64,000 nt of DNA from Dethiobacteria bacterium (GCA_050948825.1 JBMNEO010000007.1:40019-104018); one strand, 5' to 3'. Counted from the first letter of the stretch, positions 36,627 through 48,847 are shown. Made by a program: numbers and translations. The notes: generated from the sequence alone by a model not told the origin.

Positions 36627-37465
36627 CTGTCAATCGTTTTACAACCCTGGAACTGAAAGAAATGAAACAGAGGAAAGAAAAAATTACGATGATTACCGCT
36701 TATGATTATCCTACAGCGCAGATCGCTGACGAAGCCGGAGTGGAGACTATTCTTGTTGGGGACTCCCTGGGGAATGTGGTGCTGGGTTACGATAATACCC
36801 TTGCTGTTACCTTAAACGATATGATTCATCATGGCAAGGCGGTAGTCAGAGGCAGTAAAAGGGCTTTTGTAATCATTGATATGCCGTTTTTGACATACCA
36901 GATAAACAGCGAGGATGCCCTGCGCAATGCCGGAAGAATCATCCAGGAAACAGGGGCACAGGGGTTAAAGCTGGAAGGCGGAGTGGAAATTGCTGAAGCT
37001 GTAAAGGGCATTACTTCAGCGGGTATACCTGTTGTGGGCCATTTGGGCCTGACACCTCAATCGGTTGGACAGCTCGGAGGTTATAAAGTTCAGGGGAAAG
37101 ATCCGCAGGTAGCGCGGAAAATGATTAAAGATGCCCTGACCCTGGAAGATGCCGGTGCTTTTATGGTCGTCCTGGAGTGTATACCCTGGCAGCTGGGTAA
37201 GGTAATAACTGAAAAGCTATCAATACCCGTAATCGGGATCGGAGCTGGAGCGCATTGTGACGGCCAGGTTCTGGTTTTTCACGATGTTATGGGCATCTAT
37301 GCGGGTAAAAGGCCGAAGTTTGTAAAACAATATGCTGCAGCAAGAGATGAAATGAAAAAAGGTGTTGAAGCTTATATTTCCGAAGTCAGGGAGGGTACTT
37401 ATCCTGAAGAAAAACATACTTTCACCATGTCTGAGGAGATCCTGGAGATTGCGCTGAAGGAATAA
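36623..37465 (+). CDS. panB: 3-methyl-2-oxobutanoate hydroxymethyltransferase
   Basis: The TAYDYP..A.. and LVGDSLG motifs are typical of PanB. Confidence 0.9.
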   Translation: MTVNRFTTLELKEMKQRKEKITMITAYDYPTAQIADEAGVETILVGDSLGNVVLGYDNTLAVTLNDMIHHGKAVVRGSKRAFVIIDMPFLTYQINSEDALRNAGRIIQETGAQGLKLEGGVEIAEAVKGITSAGIPVVGHLGLTPQSVGQLGGYKVQGKDPQVARKMIKDALTLEDAGAFMVVLECIPWQLGKVITEKLSIPVIGIGAGAHCDGQVLVFHDVMGIYAGKRPKFVKQYAAARDEMKKGVEAYISEVREGTYPEEKHTFTMSEEILEIALKE

Positions 37466-37515
37466 CCTTTGTTGGTTGTGGTTGTTTTTTCTAATTAGTA
37501 TTCCGGGGGGAGAGC

Positions 37516-38364
37516 TTGTTGGAAATAATCAAGGATATTGCCAGATTACGGGAGAAGATCCGCGAAGTAAAGAAAAAGGGATTGAGTATTGGGTTTGTAC
37601 CTACCATGGGGTATTTACACGAGGGGCATCTTTCTTTGATGAAAGCCGCTAAAAAAGAAAATGATTTTATGGCGATCAGTATTTTTGTTAACCCTCTGCA
37701 GTTCGGGGCGGGAGAAGATTTTGAAGAATACCCCCGGGATCTTACCAGGGACGAAATGCTCGCCCGTTCGACGGGCTGTGATCTTATTTTTTCGCCTTCG
37801 GTGAAGGAAATGTATCCTTCCGGTTATGGAACGTTCGTTGAGGTTAAAAAACTAACGGAAGGCCTCTGCGGTGCATCCCGGCCGGGACATTTTCTCGGTG
37901 TTACCACTGTGGTAACCAAGCTCTTTAATCTGCTTAGACCCGATCGCGTTTATTTTGGTCAAAAAGATGCCCAGCAGGCTTTTGTGCTTAAGAAAATGGT
38001 TAATGATTTAAATATGGATCTGGAGTTTATTGTTCTGCCCACCTTTAGGGAAGATGACGGTTTGGCGATGAGTTCCCGCAATAAATATCTGATGCCCGAA
38101 CAGAGAAAAGAGGCTGCAGTACTATATAAAAGTTTGAAACAGGCCCGCAAGTTGGTCGTTGAAGGGGAAAGGAATGTCGAAGTAATTAAAAAAGTGATAT
38201 CCGATATAATCTCTGAAGCTGGACATGCCCAAATTGAATATATAGAAATAGTTGATACGCAAAATCTGCGTTCCCTTCACATGTTAAAAGGTGAATGTCT
38301 GATTGCCCTTGCCGTTAAATTTGGCCAAACCAGATTAATTGATAATATAATTCTGGAGGTGTAA
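37516..38364 (+). CDS. panC: Pantoate--beta-alanine ligase
   Basis: FVPTMGYLHEGHLSL is the HIGH-type motif of PanC. Confidence 0.9.
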   Translation: MLEIIKDIARLREKIREVKKKGLSIGFVPTMGYLHEGHLSLMKAAKKENDFMAISIFVNPLQFGAGEDFEEYPRDLTRDEMLARSTGCDLIFSPSVKEMYPSGYGTFVEVKKLTEGLCGASRPGHFLGVTTVVTKLFNLLRPDRVYFGQKDAQQAFVLKKMVNDLNMDLEFIVLPTFREDDGLAMSSRNKYLMPEQRKEAAVLYKSLKQARKLVVEGERNVEVIKKVISDIISEAGHAQIEYIEIVDTQNLRSLHMLKGECLIALAVKFGQTRLIDNIILEV

Positions 38365-38367
38365 GCT

Positions 38368-38733
38368 TTGTGGAGGACAATGTGTAAATCCAAAATTCAT
38401 AGAGCTACTGTCACAGATGCAAATTTAAATTATATCGGCAGTATTACTATTGACGAGGAATTAATGGAAAAAGCTGATATTCTTCCTTATGAAAAGGTGC
38501 AGGTGGTAAACAATAATAATGGTGCACGTCTGGAAACTTATGTTATCAAGGGGGAACGCGGTAAAGGGGTAATATGCCTCAACGGGGCTGCTGCACGTCT
38601 TGTCCAGCCTGGGGATACAGTTATCATTATCAGTTATGCTCAATATTCCCGGGAAGAACTCCAGGATTATCGGCCGCTAGTGTTATTTGTAAATGAAAAG
38701 AATCAGATTATACAAATTGCCGCGGAAGGTTAG
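38368..38733 (+). CDS. panD: Aspartate 1-decarboxylase
   Basis: [23 protein letters not shown] matches PanD, with the pyruvoyl-forming Gly-Ser. TTG start. Confidence 0.9.
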   Translation: MWRTMCKSKIHRATVTDANLNYIGSITIDEELMEKADILPYEKVQVVNNNNGARLETYVIKGERGKGVICLNGAAARLVQPGDTVIIISYAQYSREELQDYRPLVLFVNEKNQIIQIAAEG

Positions 38734-38874
38734 GCGCATTATTTGCACCTAACTATATTACCGGCGAAATATTTTACCGCCGGACTGCCGGAGCGAGTTG
38801 TTTACACTTTTTAATAATTATGCTATAATCAAAATAATTTTTAAATTACATTTTGTTGGTTAGTACGGAGGTTT

Positions 38875-40116
38875 ATGATGACGGATGATGTTTGCAGGAA
38901 TATTTCTATGAAAAGGGCTGCTGAACTAAAAGAAAGTATAGCAGATTTTTTAGAATATAAAAAAGCCTTACCCACCGGCTATAAGGAGTGGGAAAGAATA
39001 AAATCCAGGCAAGAACATATTAAGCAGCTTTTTGGGGTTACCGATGAAGAATGGAGAGATTGGAAATGGCAACTGCGGAATCGCATACAAAGTGTCGAGC
39101 AGCTTGAAAAATTTATTCAGCTCAGTCCGAAAGAAAAGCAGGAAATAGCATTAACCGGAAGTAAATTTCGCTGGGCAGTGGCACCTTATTATCTGAGCCT
39201 TGTTAATCCCGGCGATGCCAATGATCCTGTGCTTATGCAATCCTTGCCATCTGCAAAAGAGTATTTTGACGATTGTGGGGTTTTGGATCCCATGGCAGAG
39301 GAGTACACCTCACCTGCACCTGCGATTACCAGGCGTTACCCCGATCGTCTTATTATTAATGTTACCAACCAGTGTGCCAGCTATTGCCGGCATTGCCAGC
39401 GGAGACGAAATATTGGCGAAATTGATCGTCATACTTCCCGCAAGGATTTAGAATCCGCTCTTAAGTATATTGCAGAAAATGAAGAAATCAGGGATGTTTT
39501 GATTACCGGCGGAGATGCGCTGATGCTTTCCGAAAAAACCCTTGATTGGATCTTGACGGAACTCGATAATATCCCCCACGTAGAAATAAAGCGTTTGGGA
39601 AGCAGGGTTCCTGTTACCTTGCCTTATCGGATAACAGATGGGTTATGTGGGGTGTTGGGCAGACACCTGCCTTTATATATTAATACACAGTTTAATCATC
39701 CCATGGAGGTGACACCGGATGCCGGGGAAGCCTGCCTAAAGCTGGCCAAATGCGGAATAGCGCTCGGTAACCAGTCGGTTCTTTTAAAGGGAGTTAACAA
39801 CGATCCCTTTACCATGAAAATATTAAACCAGGAACTGTTGAAAATTATGGTGAAGCCTTATCTTCTTTTTCATGCTAAAGGAGTAAAAGGAACCAGGCAT
39901 TTTCGTACTAAAGTAGAAGACGGCATTGAAATAATGGAGCAATTGAGGGGATATACATCCGGCCTGGCTATTCCGACATATATTATTAATGCCCCGCATG
40001 GTTACGGCAAAACACCTATGTTCCCCGAATATCTGATTTCCATGGGAAAAAACAAATTGCTGATTAGAACATGGGAAAAAAGGGTTCTTGAGTATGAAAA
40101 TACCGAGGAAACATAA
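38875..40116 (+). CDS. kamA: L-lysine 2,3-aminomutase (radical SAM, PLP)
   Basis: NQCASYCRHCQRRR is the KamA-specific CxxxCxxC context. 413 aa. Confidence 0.85.
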   Translation: MMTDDVCRNISMKRAAELKESIADFLEYKKALPTGYKEWERIKSRQEHIKQLFGVTDEEWRDWKWQLRNRIQSVEQLEKFIQLSPKEKQEIALTGSKFRWAVAPYYLSLVNPGDANDPVLMQSLPSAKEYFDDCGVLDPMAEEYTSPAPAITRRYPDRLIINVTNQCASYCRHCQRRRNIGEIDRHTSRKDLESALKYIAENEEIRDVLITGGDALMLSEKTLDWILTELDNIPHVEIKRLGSRVPVTLPYRITDGLCGVLGRHLPLYINTQFNHPMEVTPDAGEACLKLAKCGIALGNQSVLLKGVNNDPFTMKILNQELLKIMVKPYLLFHAKGVKGTRHFRTKVEDGIEIMEQLRGYTSGLAIPTYIINAPHGYGKTPMFPEYLISMGKNKLLIRTWEKRVLEYENTEET

Positions 40117-40164
40117 GGTTGCTGTTATATTGGTGTCTCCATTCGGAACCATGGGTTCTTACTC

Positions 40165-41352
40165 ATGGTTTCTATCTATTCCAGAGTAAATCCAGAGTAC
40201 GCCCGGCCGGAGGAGGAAACTGATTTGCCGGATAACAGATTTTATAAAGCAAGATATTATCATGCCTTTAATTTGATGCCATCACTTGGTCCTGTAAGGA
40301 TAAAAAGATTAATCCATCACTTTGGTTCATTAGAACAGGCATGGGAAGCGGCAAAAAATATCGGAGCATTGACTGAGGTAAAAGGAATTGGCAGGTCCCT
40401 GGCTGAAAAGGTTGTTAGGGAGCATAGTGATATAAACCTGGATAAATCGTGGTCCGAATTTGAACAAAAAGGTTATTCATATGTTATGTGGGATGAAGAT
40501 GATTATCCCTGTCTTTTAAAGGAAATATATGATGCTCCGCCTCTTTTATATTATCTGGGCGATCTTTCCGTTTCGGTTGCTCCATGCCTGGCGATTGTGG
40601 GAAGCCGGCGCCATACTTCCTACGGAAAGGATGTTGCATACAAATTTGCAGCGGATTTGACAAACTATGATATCACTGTTGTCAGCGGTATGGCGCGAGG
40701 TATTGACACTTGGGCGCATAAAGGTGCTCTTGATGCCGGAGGGAATACTATAGCGGTTCTGGGGTGCGGTTTGGACACCTGCTATCCCCCCGAGAACAGA
40801 ACCCTAATGGGAAAGATATCTGAATCAGGAGCAGTAATCAGTGAGTTTCCCCCTGGCAGTGAACCCTTTCCGCAAAATTTCCCCCGTAGAAATAGAATTA
40901 TAAGCGGGCTTTCGGCGGGAACAATAGTTATAGAAGCAGGTGAAAGAAGCGGTGCTCTTATTACAACTGACTTTGCCCTGGAACAGGGCAGAGAAGTATT
41001 TGCGGTGCCGGGTGGGATTAAAAGTCCTTACAGCAAGGGTTGCCATAAACTTATTAAAGAGGGGGCAAAACTAGTAGAAAAGGTCGCAGATATTCTTGAG
41101 GAATTGCAATTTTCCCCGGAAAATGAAGCCGTTATTTCTCAAACAAAAACCTTTGAGAAAGTGGACGATCAGGGACAGCTCAATGTGGATGAAATAAAAC
41201 TGCTAGAAGTAATACCCTATGAGCCCCTTACCCTGGAAGAAATTGTAAGGATGAGCAAAATGTCAATTTCTGCAGTGAATACTCTATTGCTTAATTTGGA
41301 ATTAAAAGGCATAATTAAGCAGCTGCCGGGGAAATATTTTGTAAGGAATTGA
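40165..41352 (+). CDS. dprA: DNA processing protein DprA (Smf)
   Basis: A SAM-like N-terminal domain, a Rossmann core with GxARGID (GMARGIDT), and a C-terminal wHTH. Located immediately upstream of topA, as in Firmicutes. Confidence 0.85.
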   Translation: MVSIYSRVNPEYARPEEETDLPDNRFYKARYYHAFNLMPSLGPVRIKRLIHHFGSLEQAWEAAKNIGALTEVKGIGRSLAEKVVREHSDINLDKSWSEFEQKGYSYVMWDEDDYPCLLKEIYDAPPLLYYLGDLSVSVAPCLAIVGSRRHTSYGKDVAYKFAADLTNYDITVVSGMARGIDTWAHKGALDAGGNTIAVLGCGLDTCYPPENRTLMGKISESGAVISEFPPGSEPFPQNFPRRNRIISGLSAGTIVIEAGERSGALITTDFALEQGREVFAVPGGIKSPYSKGCHKLIKEGAKLVEKVADILEELQFSPENEAVISQTKTFEKVDDQGQLNVDEIKLLEVIPYEPLTLEEIVRMSKMSISAVNTLLLNLELKGIIKQLPGKYFVRN

Positions 41353-41367
41353 GATGGGGGTGCTGAA

Positions 41368-43455
41368 ATGAATCTAGTAATTGTAGAATCTCCAGCAAAG
41401 GCGCGGACCATAGGTAAATTTTTAGGAAGTAAATATATGGTAAAAGCTTCCATCGGCCACCTGGTAGACTTGCCGAAAAGCCGTCTTGGGATAGATATCG
41501 AAAATGATTTTAATCCCAGGTATATAACGATCAGGGGTAAAGGTAAGATACTCAATGAATTAAAGGAAGCAAGTAAAAAAGCGGTAAAAATTTTTTTGGC
41601 AACTGACCCCGACAGGGAGGGGGAAGCAATAAGCTGGCATTTATGTAATTCCCTTGGCATAAAGGAGGATTATCCTTGCCGGGTTGAATTTCATGAGATA
41701 ACGAAAAAGGCAGTTAAAAATGCTTTTATGCAGCCGCGGCCCATAGACCGTCATAGAATCGAAGCCCAGCAGGCCAGGCGAATTCTGGATAGACTTGTAG
41801 GTTACCTGATCAGCCCATTGCTTTGGGAAAATGTACGCAAAGGCCTTAGTGCAGGAAGGGTACAGTCCGTGGCTGTTCGGTTGATATGTGACCGTGAAAA
41901 GGAAATAGAATCTTTTATTCAGGAAGAATACTGGTCAATTGAAGGTGTTTTTCAAGTATTTAATGGGAAGATTACCTTTAATGCAAAGTTTTACGGTAAA
42001 AACGGCGAAAAGATAGAATTATCAAGTGAGGAAGATGTTAATAGGATTCTAGCTGCGCTTGAGGGCGTAAACTATCAAGTGACTAAAATTCAAATTCAGG
42101 AAAGAAAAAGAAATCCCGCTCCGCCGTTTACAACCAGTACACTGCAGCAGGAAGCTTCACGCAAGCTCGGTTTCACCACAAAGAAAACGATGATGCTTGC
42201 CCAGCAGCTTTATGAAGGATTGGCCATTGGCCAAAAAGGGGAAGCTGTTGGTTTAATTACTTATATTAGAACAGACGCCGTAACGGTTTCTTCCCTTGCC
42301 CAGGAAGAGGCGGGAAAGTATATACGTGAAAAATACGGCCCAAACTTTTTGCCTGATAAACCCAGAAAATTTTCCGCAAAGAAGGGCGCGCAGGAGGCAC
42401 ATGAAGCTATCCGGCCAACGTCGGTTTCCAGGGTTCCGGATACAATCAAAAAATATTTGAAAAGGGATCAGTATCGTCTTTATAAGTTAATCTGGGAGCG
42501 GTTTTTGGCCAGTCAGATGGAATCTGCAACCATAGAGCAGGTAAGGGTTGATATTAGCGCTGGAGATTATCTTTTTAAAGCTAACGGATCCAGCATCAAA
42601 TTTCCGGGATATATGGTACTTTATATTGAAGGAGAGGATGAGGAAAAAGAAAAGGAGAAACAGCTTCCACCGCTAAAAGAGGGACAAAAGCTGGAACCAG
42701 TGTCTTTAACACCGGAACAGCATTTTACCCAGCCTCCACCCAGGTTTACTGAAGCATCTCTGGTCAAAACCTTGGAAAATAAGGGGATAGGAAGACCCAG
42801 CACTTATTCTCCAACTATTGATACTATCCAGAGCAGGGGTTATGTAATAAAGGAGAATAAGTCGTTAAAGCCAACCGAACTGGGTTTTATTATTGTAGAT
42901 TTACTAAAAAAGTATTTCCCCGAGGTAATTGATGAAGACTTTACAGCGCAGCTCGAAGATAAACTTGACAAAGTCGAATCGGGGGAAGAATCGCGCTTAA
43001 AGGTTTTAAACGAGTTTTACATTCCTTTTTCAGACCGTTTACAAGTAGCAAAGAGTGAGATGAAAAAAGTAGAAATTCAGGATGAAGAAACAGATGAAAT
43101 ATGCCCGCATTGTGGAAAAAAGCTTGTAAAAAAACACGGCCGCTATGGGCCGTTTCTGGCATGCCCCGGTTTCCCTGAATGCAGGTATACTATGCAACCC
43201 AAAAAAGAAACAGGGGTAAAATGCCCTCAATGTAACGGGAGTATAGTTGAACGCAGAAGCAGAAAAGGGAAATTGTTTTATGGTTGCAGCAATTATCCGG
43301 AGTGTAAATTTGTATCGTGGAATAAACCCCTGGATAAAAAATGCCCTCAGTGCGCCAGTTTTTTGATTGAAAAAAGATATAAAGGACCTTATACGGTATA
43401 TCGCTGCTCAAACAGGGAATGTGACTATCAAGAAAAAAAGCCGGAAAATCAATAA
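41368..43455 (+). CDS. topA: DNA topoisomerase I
   Basis: A TOPRIM N-terminus (LVIVESPAKA) is followed by the active-site Tyr region and C-terminal Zn-ribbon repeats (CPHCG, CPQCNG, CPQCAS). Confidence 0.95.
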   Translation: MNLVIVESPAKARTIGKFLGSKYMVKASIGHLVDLPKSRLGIDIENDFNPRYITIRGKGKILNELKEASKKAVKIFLATDPDREGEAISWHLCNSLGIKEDYPCRVEFHEITKKAVKNAFMQPRPIDRHRIEAQQARRILDRLVGYLISPLLWENVRKGLSAGRVQSVAVRLICDREKEIESFIQEEYWSIEGVFQVFNGKITFNAKFYGKNGEKIELSSEEDVNRILAALEGVNYQVTKIQIQERKRNPAPPFTTSTLQQEASRKLGFTTKKTMMLAQQLYEGLAIGQKGEAVGLITYIRTDAVTVSSLAQEEAGKYIREKYGPNFLPDKPRKFSAKKGAQEAHEAIRPTSVSRVPDTIKKYLKRDQYRLYKLIWERFLASQMESATIEQVRVDISAGDYLFKANGSSIKFPGYMVLYIEGEDEEKEKEKQLPPLKEGQKLEPVSLTPEQHFTQPPPRFTEASLVKTLENKGIGRPSTYSPTIDTIQSRGYVIKENKSLKPTELGFIIVDLLKKYFPEVIDEDFTAQLEDKLDKVESGEESRLKVLNEFYIPFSDRLQVAKSEMKKVEIQDEETDEICPHCGKKLVKKHGRYGPFLACPGFPECRYTMQPKKETGVKCPQCNGSIVERRSRKGKLFYGCSNYPECKFVSWNKPLDKKCPQCASFLIEKRYKGPYTVYRCSNRECDYQEKKPENQ

Positions 43456-43543
43456 AAAGCAGGTTGTACATTTTATAATTCTAATGATCTGTTTGTTTTA
43501 GGAGGAATGCCTTATTTCAGAAATAATAGTAATCGGGGCCGGG

Positions 43544-44830
43544 TTGGCCGGCTCTGAGGCGGCCTGGCAGCTGGCAAAGAGAGGTGTGAGGGTGTCGCTT
43601 TACGAAATGAGGCCAAAGAAAATGACACCTGCACATCATGGGGCTTATTTTGCGGAACTGGTTTGCAGCAATTCTCTGCGGGCGATTTCAATTAATAATG
43701 CTGTTGGGCTGCTTAAAGAGGAGATGCGTTTGCTTGATTCGCTGATAATAAATTGTGCTCTGGAGACACGCATTCCTGCAGGCGGCGCTCTGGCGGTAGA
43801 CAGGGAAGAATTTGCCCGCCTTGTCACCTGGACTTTACAGAATCATCCGCTGATCGATATATATTATGAAGAGCTAAAAGAATTGCCGGAGGGTAGGCCT
43901 GTAATTATTGCTACGGGTCCTCTCACTTCACCCGATCTGGCATCTGCCCTGGATAGATTAACCGGATTGGGGAAGCTTTATTTTTTTGATGCTGCCGCAC
44001 CTATTCTGACCTATGAGTCGATCAATATGAAAAAAGCCTTCTTTTCTTCGCGCTATAACAAGGGCGGGGAAGACTATCTAAACTGTCCGCTGAACGAGGA
44101 AGAATATGAGTTGTTTTGGGGCGAGTTGATCAAGGGTGAGGTGGCTGAGAGGAAGGTATTTGAAAAAGAGATCTTTTTTGAAGGGTGTATGCCTGTCGAG
44201 ATTCTGGCAAAAAGAGGAAGGGATACTTTAAGATTTGGACCGTTAAAACCGGTAGGTATCTCACTGCCGTCTTCAAATGAACAGCCATATGCTGTAGTCC
44301 AGTTGCGGAGAGACAACAGGGAAGGAACGCTTTACAATATGGTAGGTTTTCAAACGCGCTTAAAATGGCCGGAACAAAAACGAATTTTTTCCTTAATACC
44401 TGGCCTGGAAAACGCAGAGTTTGTTCGCTACGGAGTGATGCACAGGAATATTTTCGTTAATTCTCCGCTTCTACTTCATCCGACTTTAGAGATGAAAGAT
44501 TACCAGGGGATCTTCTTTGCCGGGCAGATAACCGGCGTGGAAGGGTATGTCGAATCAGCAGCTACCGGGTTGATTGCGGGTATTAATGCCCGTTGCCGGT
44601 TGAACGGGGACCAAATGCTCATTTTCCCTGAAGAAACATCTTTGGGCGGATTAACAAAATATATTACAACTGCCGATCCGCATAATTTTCAACCGATGAA
44701 TGTAAATTTTGGGCTTTTGCCCGGGTTGCCATCTAAAACTGCGAAACAAAAAAGAAAGTTGTTACTTGCAGAACGCAGTATAGAGATTTTGTCGAGATTT
44801 CGAAAAAAATTCCATAAGCAGCTTGCATAA
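43544..44830 (+). CDS. trmFO: Methylenetetrahydrofolate--tRNA-(uracil54-C5)-methyltransferase TrmFO; 5' end apparently frameshifted
   Basis: (I)[15 protein letters not shown] is the FAD-binding N-terminus. The RBS-ATG at 43507 is +1 out of frame relative to it. Confidence 0.85.
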   Translation: MAGSEAAWQLAKRGVRVSLYEMRPKKMTPAHHGAYFAELVCSNSLRAISINNAVGLLKEEMRLLDSLIINCALETRIPAGGALAVDREEFARLVTWTLQNHPLIDIYYEELKELPEGRPVIIATGPLTSPDLASALDRLTGLGKLYFFDAAAPILTYESINMKKAFFSSRYNKGGEDYLNCPLNEEEYELFWGELIKGEVAERKVFEKEIFFEGCMPVEILAKRGRDTLRFGPLKPVGISLPSSNEQPYAVVQLRRDNREGTLYNMVGFQTRLKWPEQKRIFSLIPGLENAEFVRYGVMHRNIFVNSPLLLHPTLEMKDYQGIFFAGQITGVEGYVESAATGLIAGINARCRLNGDQMLIFPEETSLGGLTKYITTADPHNFQPMNVNFGLLPGLPSKTAKQKRKLLLAERSIEILSRFRKKFHKQLA

Positions 44831-44870
44831 ACAATTTCAATATGCTAATATTAAATAGAAGGACTAAGTT

Positions 44871-45767
44871 ATGAACATATATTTAAAGGATTTTGTAGAA
44901 TCCTTGAAAATTGAGAAAAATTCTGCCCCATTGACCCTGAAAAGCTATGAAAAGGATATCAGAAGGTTTTTAGAATTTTTAGGTAACGATATCCTAGGCC
45001 TAAAAACAGTAAACCATTTAACCCTGCGTGAATATCTAGCCCTTCTAAAAGAACAGAAGTATGCTCGCAGCACTATTGCCAGGAAAATATCATCTATCAG
45101 ATCATTCCTGAGCTTTTTAAAAAGACAGGGTTTTTTAGAAAACAATACTTGGGAGCTTGTTTCTATTCCCAAAAAAGAAAAGAAGCTTCCCAAGTTTCTA
45201 TATGCCGATGAGGCGCTGGATTTGTTGGAAAAACCGGAGAGGCATTCATATATTGGCCTCCGGGACAGGGCTATTTTAGAGGTTCTTTATGGGACAGGTA
45301 TTAGAGTCGGCGAATTGGCGGGTTTAGATTTGTTATCTATTAATGCGGAAGATGGGTATCTGAAAGTAAAAGGTAAAGGTTCCAAAGAAAGAATACTGCC
45401 TCTCGGATCTTATGCCCTGCAGGCACTTGCTGTATATTTAACTAAGAGCCGCCCTTTTTTGGAAGAACGTAATCAAACAAAAGATAGGGACGCGGCATTA
45501 TTTTTAAACAGGTTCGGTCAAAGGTTGTCGGAAAGAAGTATCAGGCGGCTGGTGCATAAATATGGGTTGAAAATAAGCAGCAATTGTAATTTATCGCCTC
45601 ATGTGTTGCGGCATTCTTTTGCCAGCCATCTATTAAATGCAGGAGCCGATCTGAGGGCTGTTCAAGAATTACTGGGTCATGCTTCTGTCTCAACAACCCA
45701 GATCTATACGCATATAACCAAGGATGAGTTGAGAAGAACTTATATGAGGGCGCATCCAAGGGCATAA
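44871..45767 (+). CDS. xerC: Tyrosine recombinase XerC (CodV)
   Basis: The catalytic motifs R...HxxR...Y ([16 protein letters not shown]) and the conserved trmFO-xerC-hslVU position support the call. Confidence 0.85.
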   Translation: MNIYLKDFVESLKIEKNSAPLTLKSYEKDIRRFLEFLGNDILGLKTVNHLTLREYLALLKEQKYARSTIARKISSIRSFLSFLKRQGFLENNTWELVSIPKKEKKLPKFLYADEALDLLEKPERHSYIGLRDRAILEVLYGTGIRVGELAGLDLLSINAEDGYLKVKGKGSKERILPLGSYALQALAVYLTKSRPFLEERNQTKDRDAALFLNRFGQRLSERSIRRLVHKYGLKISSNCNLSPHVLRHSFASHLLNAGADLRAVQELLGHASVSTTQIYTHITKDELRRTYMRAHPRA

Positions 45768-45822
45768 TTATAATTATAAAAAAATTTTCTGTTTTTTGGA
45801 AATTAAAAGGGGAAAAATTGTA

Positions 45823-46353
45823 TTGTTTCATGCCACAACAATTATAGCTGTAAAAAAGGGTGAGAGAGTCGCTATTGCAGGAGATGGGCAGGTAACAATC
45901 TCCGGAAATATCGCTATCAAACATCAAGCCCGGAAGGTTAGAAAGCTTTATAACAACACGGTTATCGGAGGTTTTGCCGGTTCGGTGGCGGATGCCCTTA
46001 CACTTTTTGAGAAGTTTGAAAAACAGTTGGAAAACTATCATGGAAACTTGCGGAGGGCCGCTGTAGAATTGGCAAAGGAATGGCGAACTGATCGTTATTT
46101 AAGAAAATTAGAAGCCTTGCTCATTGTAGCGGCAAAAGATGGATTGCTCCTTATTTCAGGCACCGGTGAAGTGATTGAACCTGATGATGGAGTTGCTGCT
46201 ATCGGTTCGGGTGGGGCTTTTGCTCTGGCTGCGGCAAGGGCTCTTCTTAGAAATACGGAACTTGCTGTAGGAGAAATAGTACGCAGATCTCTTTTAATAG
46301 CTTCTGAGATATGTGTTTATACTAACGAACATATTTCGGTTGAAGAAATTTAG
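45823..46353 (+). CDS. hslV: ATP-dependent protease subunit HslV (ClpQ)
   Basis: The HATTI..V N-terminal nucleophile region and GSGG motif are present. TTG start at 45823 with RBS AAAGGGGA. Confidence 0.9.
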   Translation: MFHATTIIAVKKGERVAIAGDGQVTISGNIAIKHQARKVRKLYNNTVIGGFAGSVADALTLFEKFEKQLENYHGNLRRAAVELAKEWRTDRYLRKLEALLIVAAKDGLLLISGTGEVIEPDDGVAAIGSGGAFALAAARALLRNTELAVGEIVRRSLLIASEICVYTNEHISVEEI

Positions 46354-46436
46354 TCAACAGATAATCAATACAATTAAATTTTTGTATAATTAAATAATCC
46401 TATATTTAACATCCCTGGAGGTGTTTTTGCAGATTA

Positions 46437-47864
46437 ATGGTGGATAATGAAGCTGAACTCACGCCGAAGAGAATAGTCCAGGAACTGGATAAGTATATTA
46501 TCGGACAAGCGGAAGCAAAAAAATGTGTAGCGGTAGCACTGCGCAACAGATACAGGAGAAAGAAATTAAAAGATGAAATAAAAGACGAAGTGATACCGAA
46601 GAATATTATCATGATTGGTCCAACAGGGGTGGGCAAAACAGAAATTGCCCGTAGAATAGCGCGTTTGGTTAATGCCCCGTTTGTTAAGGTTGAGGCCACT
46701 AAATTTACTGAAGTTGGTTACGTGGGACGTGATGTGGATTCCATTGTAAGAGATCTCGTCGAAACCTCGATTAGAATTGTAAAGTCTGAAAAGATGAAAA
46801 TGGTTGAGGTTAGGGCAGTTGAAATGGCGGAAGCGAAGTTGCTGGATCTGATTGCTCCCTTGCCTGCAAGGCCAAAAGCCGGATCCAACCCGTTAAACCT
46901 GTTGTTACAAACTGCTGGGGAATACAAAAATCTTTCCTTAACAAAAGATCAAGAAGATTATAGTGAGGATATTACACGGGCAGCAGAAGAACGTAAGATT
47001 GCACTGCAAAGGCTTAAAAGAGGCGAATTTGAGGATTATATTGTTGAAATTGATATAGAAGATCGCTCTGTTCCTATGTTTGAAGTTTTTTCAGGCCTGG
47101 GTATGGAAGAAATGAGCACTAATATCCAGGATATGTTTGGAAATTTGCTTCCATCAAAGAAAAAAAAGAAGAGGGTATCTTTGAAACAGGCGAGAAGGAT
47201 TTTGCAGCAGGAGGAAGGCGAAAAACTCATTGATATGGATGAAGTTATCAGTGAGGCGATAGAAAGGGCCGAACAGATGGGAATTGTGTTTTTAGATGAG
47301 ATAGATAAGATCGCAGGTAGTGATACTTCTCATGCCGGGCATTATGTATCCAGGGAAGGAGTGCAGAGAGATATCCTTCCGATTGTTGAAGGTTCTACGG
47401 TGATGACAAAATATGGACCTGTTAAAACAGATTACATGCTTTTTATTGCGGCAGGAGCATTTCATTTTACCAAACCTTCCGACCTCATTCCGGAACTGCA
47501 GGGAAGATTTCCCATAAGGGTTGAATTGCAAAGCCTTTCCAAAGAAGACTTGAAAAAAATTTTAACCGACCCTGAAAATGCCTTGCTCAAGCAATATTCA
47601 GCTTTGCTGGAGACGGAGGGGGTGATAATCATGTTTTCACCTGATGGTGTAGAGGAGATTGCTGATATTGCATCAGTCCTAAATGATGATTTGGAAAATA
47701 TCGGTGCAAGACGCCTGCATACCATCATGGAAAAATTGTTGGAAGACATTTCTTACGAAGGATCGGATCTCAAAGGAGAAAAAATTCTTATAGATAGTAT
47801 TTATGTAAGGAATAAATTAAAAAATATTGTTAAAAATAAAGATTTAAGTAGATATATTTTATAA
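46437..47864 (+). CDS. hslU: ATP-dependent protease ATPase subunit HslU (ClpY)
   Basis: Walker A GPTGVGKT, the I-domain and a C-terminal sensor. 475 aa. Confidence 0.95.
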   Translation: MVDNEAELTPKRIVQELDKYIIGQAEAKKCVAVALRNRYRRKKLKDEIKDEVIPKNIIMIGPTGVGKTEIARRIARLVNAPFVKVEATKFTEVGYVGRDVDSIVRDLVETSIRIVKSEKMKMVEVRAVEMAEAKLLDLIAPLPARPKAGSNPLNLLLQTAGEYKNLSLTKDQEDYSEDITRAAEERKIALQRLKRGEFEDYIVEIDIEDRSVPMFEVFSGLGMEEMSTNIQDMFGNLLPSKKKKKRVSLKQARRILQQEEGEKLIDMDEVISEAIERAEQMGIVFLDEIDKIAGSDTSHAGHYVSREGVQRDILPIVEGSTVMTKYGPVKTDYMLFIAAGAFHFTKPSDLIPELQGRFPIRVELQSLSKEDLKKILTDPENALLKQYSALLETEGVIIMFSPDGVEEIADIASVLNDDLENIGARRLHTIMEKLLEDISYEGSDLKGEKILIDSIYVRNKLKNIVKNKDLSRYIL

Positions 47865-47940
47865 TTTCAGAAAAACTTTTTGTATAAATTGGAATATCTG
47901 CTTTTTCCCCATTTAATTACAACTTAAAGAGGTGATAGTA

Positions 47941-48741
47941 TTGATAACTTCTCCTTTGCTAGAGAAGACACGCCGTATCAACAAAATTCTCCAGAAAACT
48001 GCCGGACAAAGGGTAGATTTCTCAGAAGTGGCAGAAGTATTGAAAAATGTCATCCACGCCAATTCATATCTTGTTGATCGGGAAGGGAAAATACTGGGTT
48101 ATGCCCTGGTTGATGAGTTTGAATGTGAAATAATGGTCACCCGGGTTCTTAAGACAGGGTTCTTCCCTGAACGTTATAACAATTTTTTGTTGCGTGATGA
48201 TGAAACAAGGGTAAATTTACCGCAAAAGACAAATGATTGTGTTTTTGTAGAGACGGAAAACTGTCTCTTTACAAACAAGATTGTCACGGTTGTCCCTATT
48301 ATGGGTGGAGGGAAAAGATTGGGTACTTTGCTTTTAGCCCGTTTTGCTGAAACCTTTAATGCAGAGGACTTAATACTGGCTGAAACCGGAGCCACAGTAG
48401 TCGGTATGGAAATTTTGCGCTCCAGAGCTGAAAAAATTGAAGAAGAGGCCAGAAATAAAGCTGTTGTTCAGCTGGCAATCGGAACGCTTTCTTATTCTGA
48501 GTTGGAAGCGGTTGAGCATATCTTTGAAGAGCTGGACAGTGATGAAGGGCTCCTCGTTGCCAGTAAGATTGCGGACCAGTTAGGAATAACAAGATCAGTT
48601 ATTGTAAATGCCTTACGCAAGTTTGAGAGTGCAGGTGTAATTGAATCGCGTTCGCTTGGTATGAAGGGCACCTATATTAAAGTTCTTAACCCTTACCTGC
48701 TGGAGCAACTGGCTAAGAAGAAAAAACCATTCCATAGATAG
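47941..48741 (+). CDS. codY: GTP-sensing pleiotropic repressor CodY
   Basis: The C-terminal [47 protein letters not shown] is nearly identical to the CodY consensus. Located downstream of hslU. Confidence 0.9.
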   Translation: MITSPLLEKTRRINKILQKTAGQRVDFSEVAEVLKNVIHANSYLVDREGKILGYALVDEFECEIMVTRVLKTGFFPERYNNFLLRDDETRVNLPQKTNDCVFVETENCLFTNKIVTVVPIMGGGKRLGTLLLARFAETFNAEDLILAETGATVVGMEILRSRAEKIEEEARNKAVVQLAIGTLSYSELEAVEHIFEELDSDEGLLVASKIADQLGITRSVIVNALRKFESAGVIESRSLGMKGTYIKVLNPYLLEQLAKKKKPFHR

Positions 48742-48847
48742 AAAATAACATTGGAGAGTTAAGTTGGAAACAGCCGTAAAGGCTGTTTTTTTATTTTTAT
48801 ACTTGAAATCTTCAGGCATAAACTGCTAGAGGACAGTCTAGTATAAT

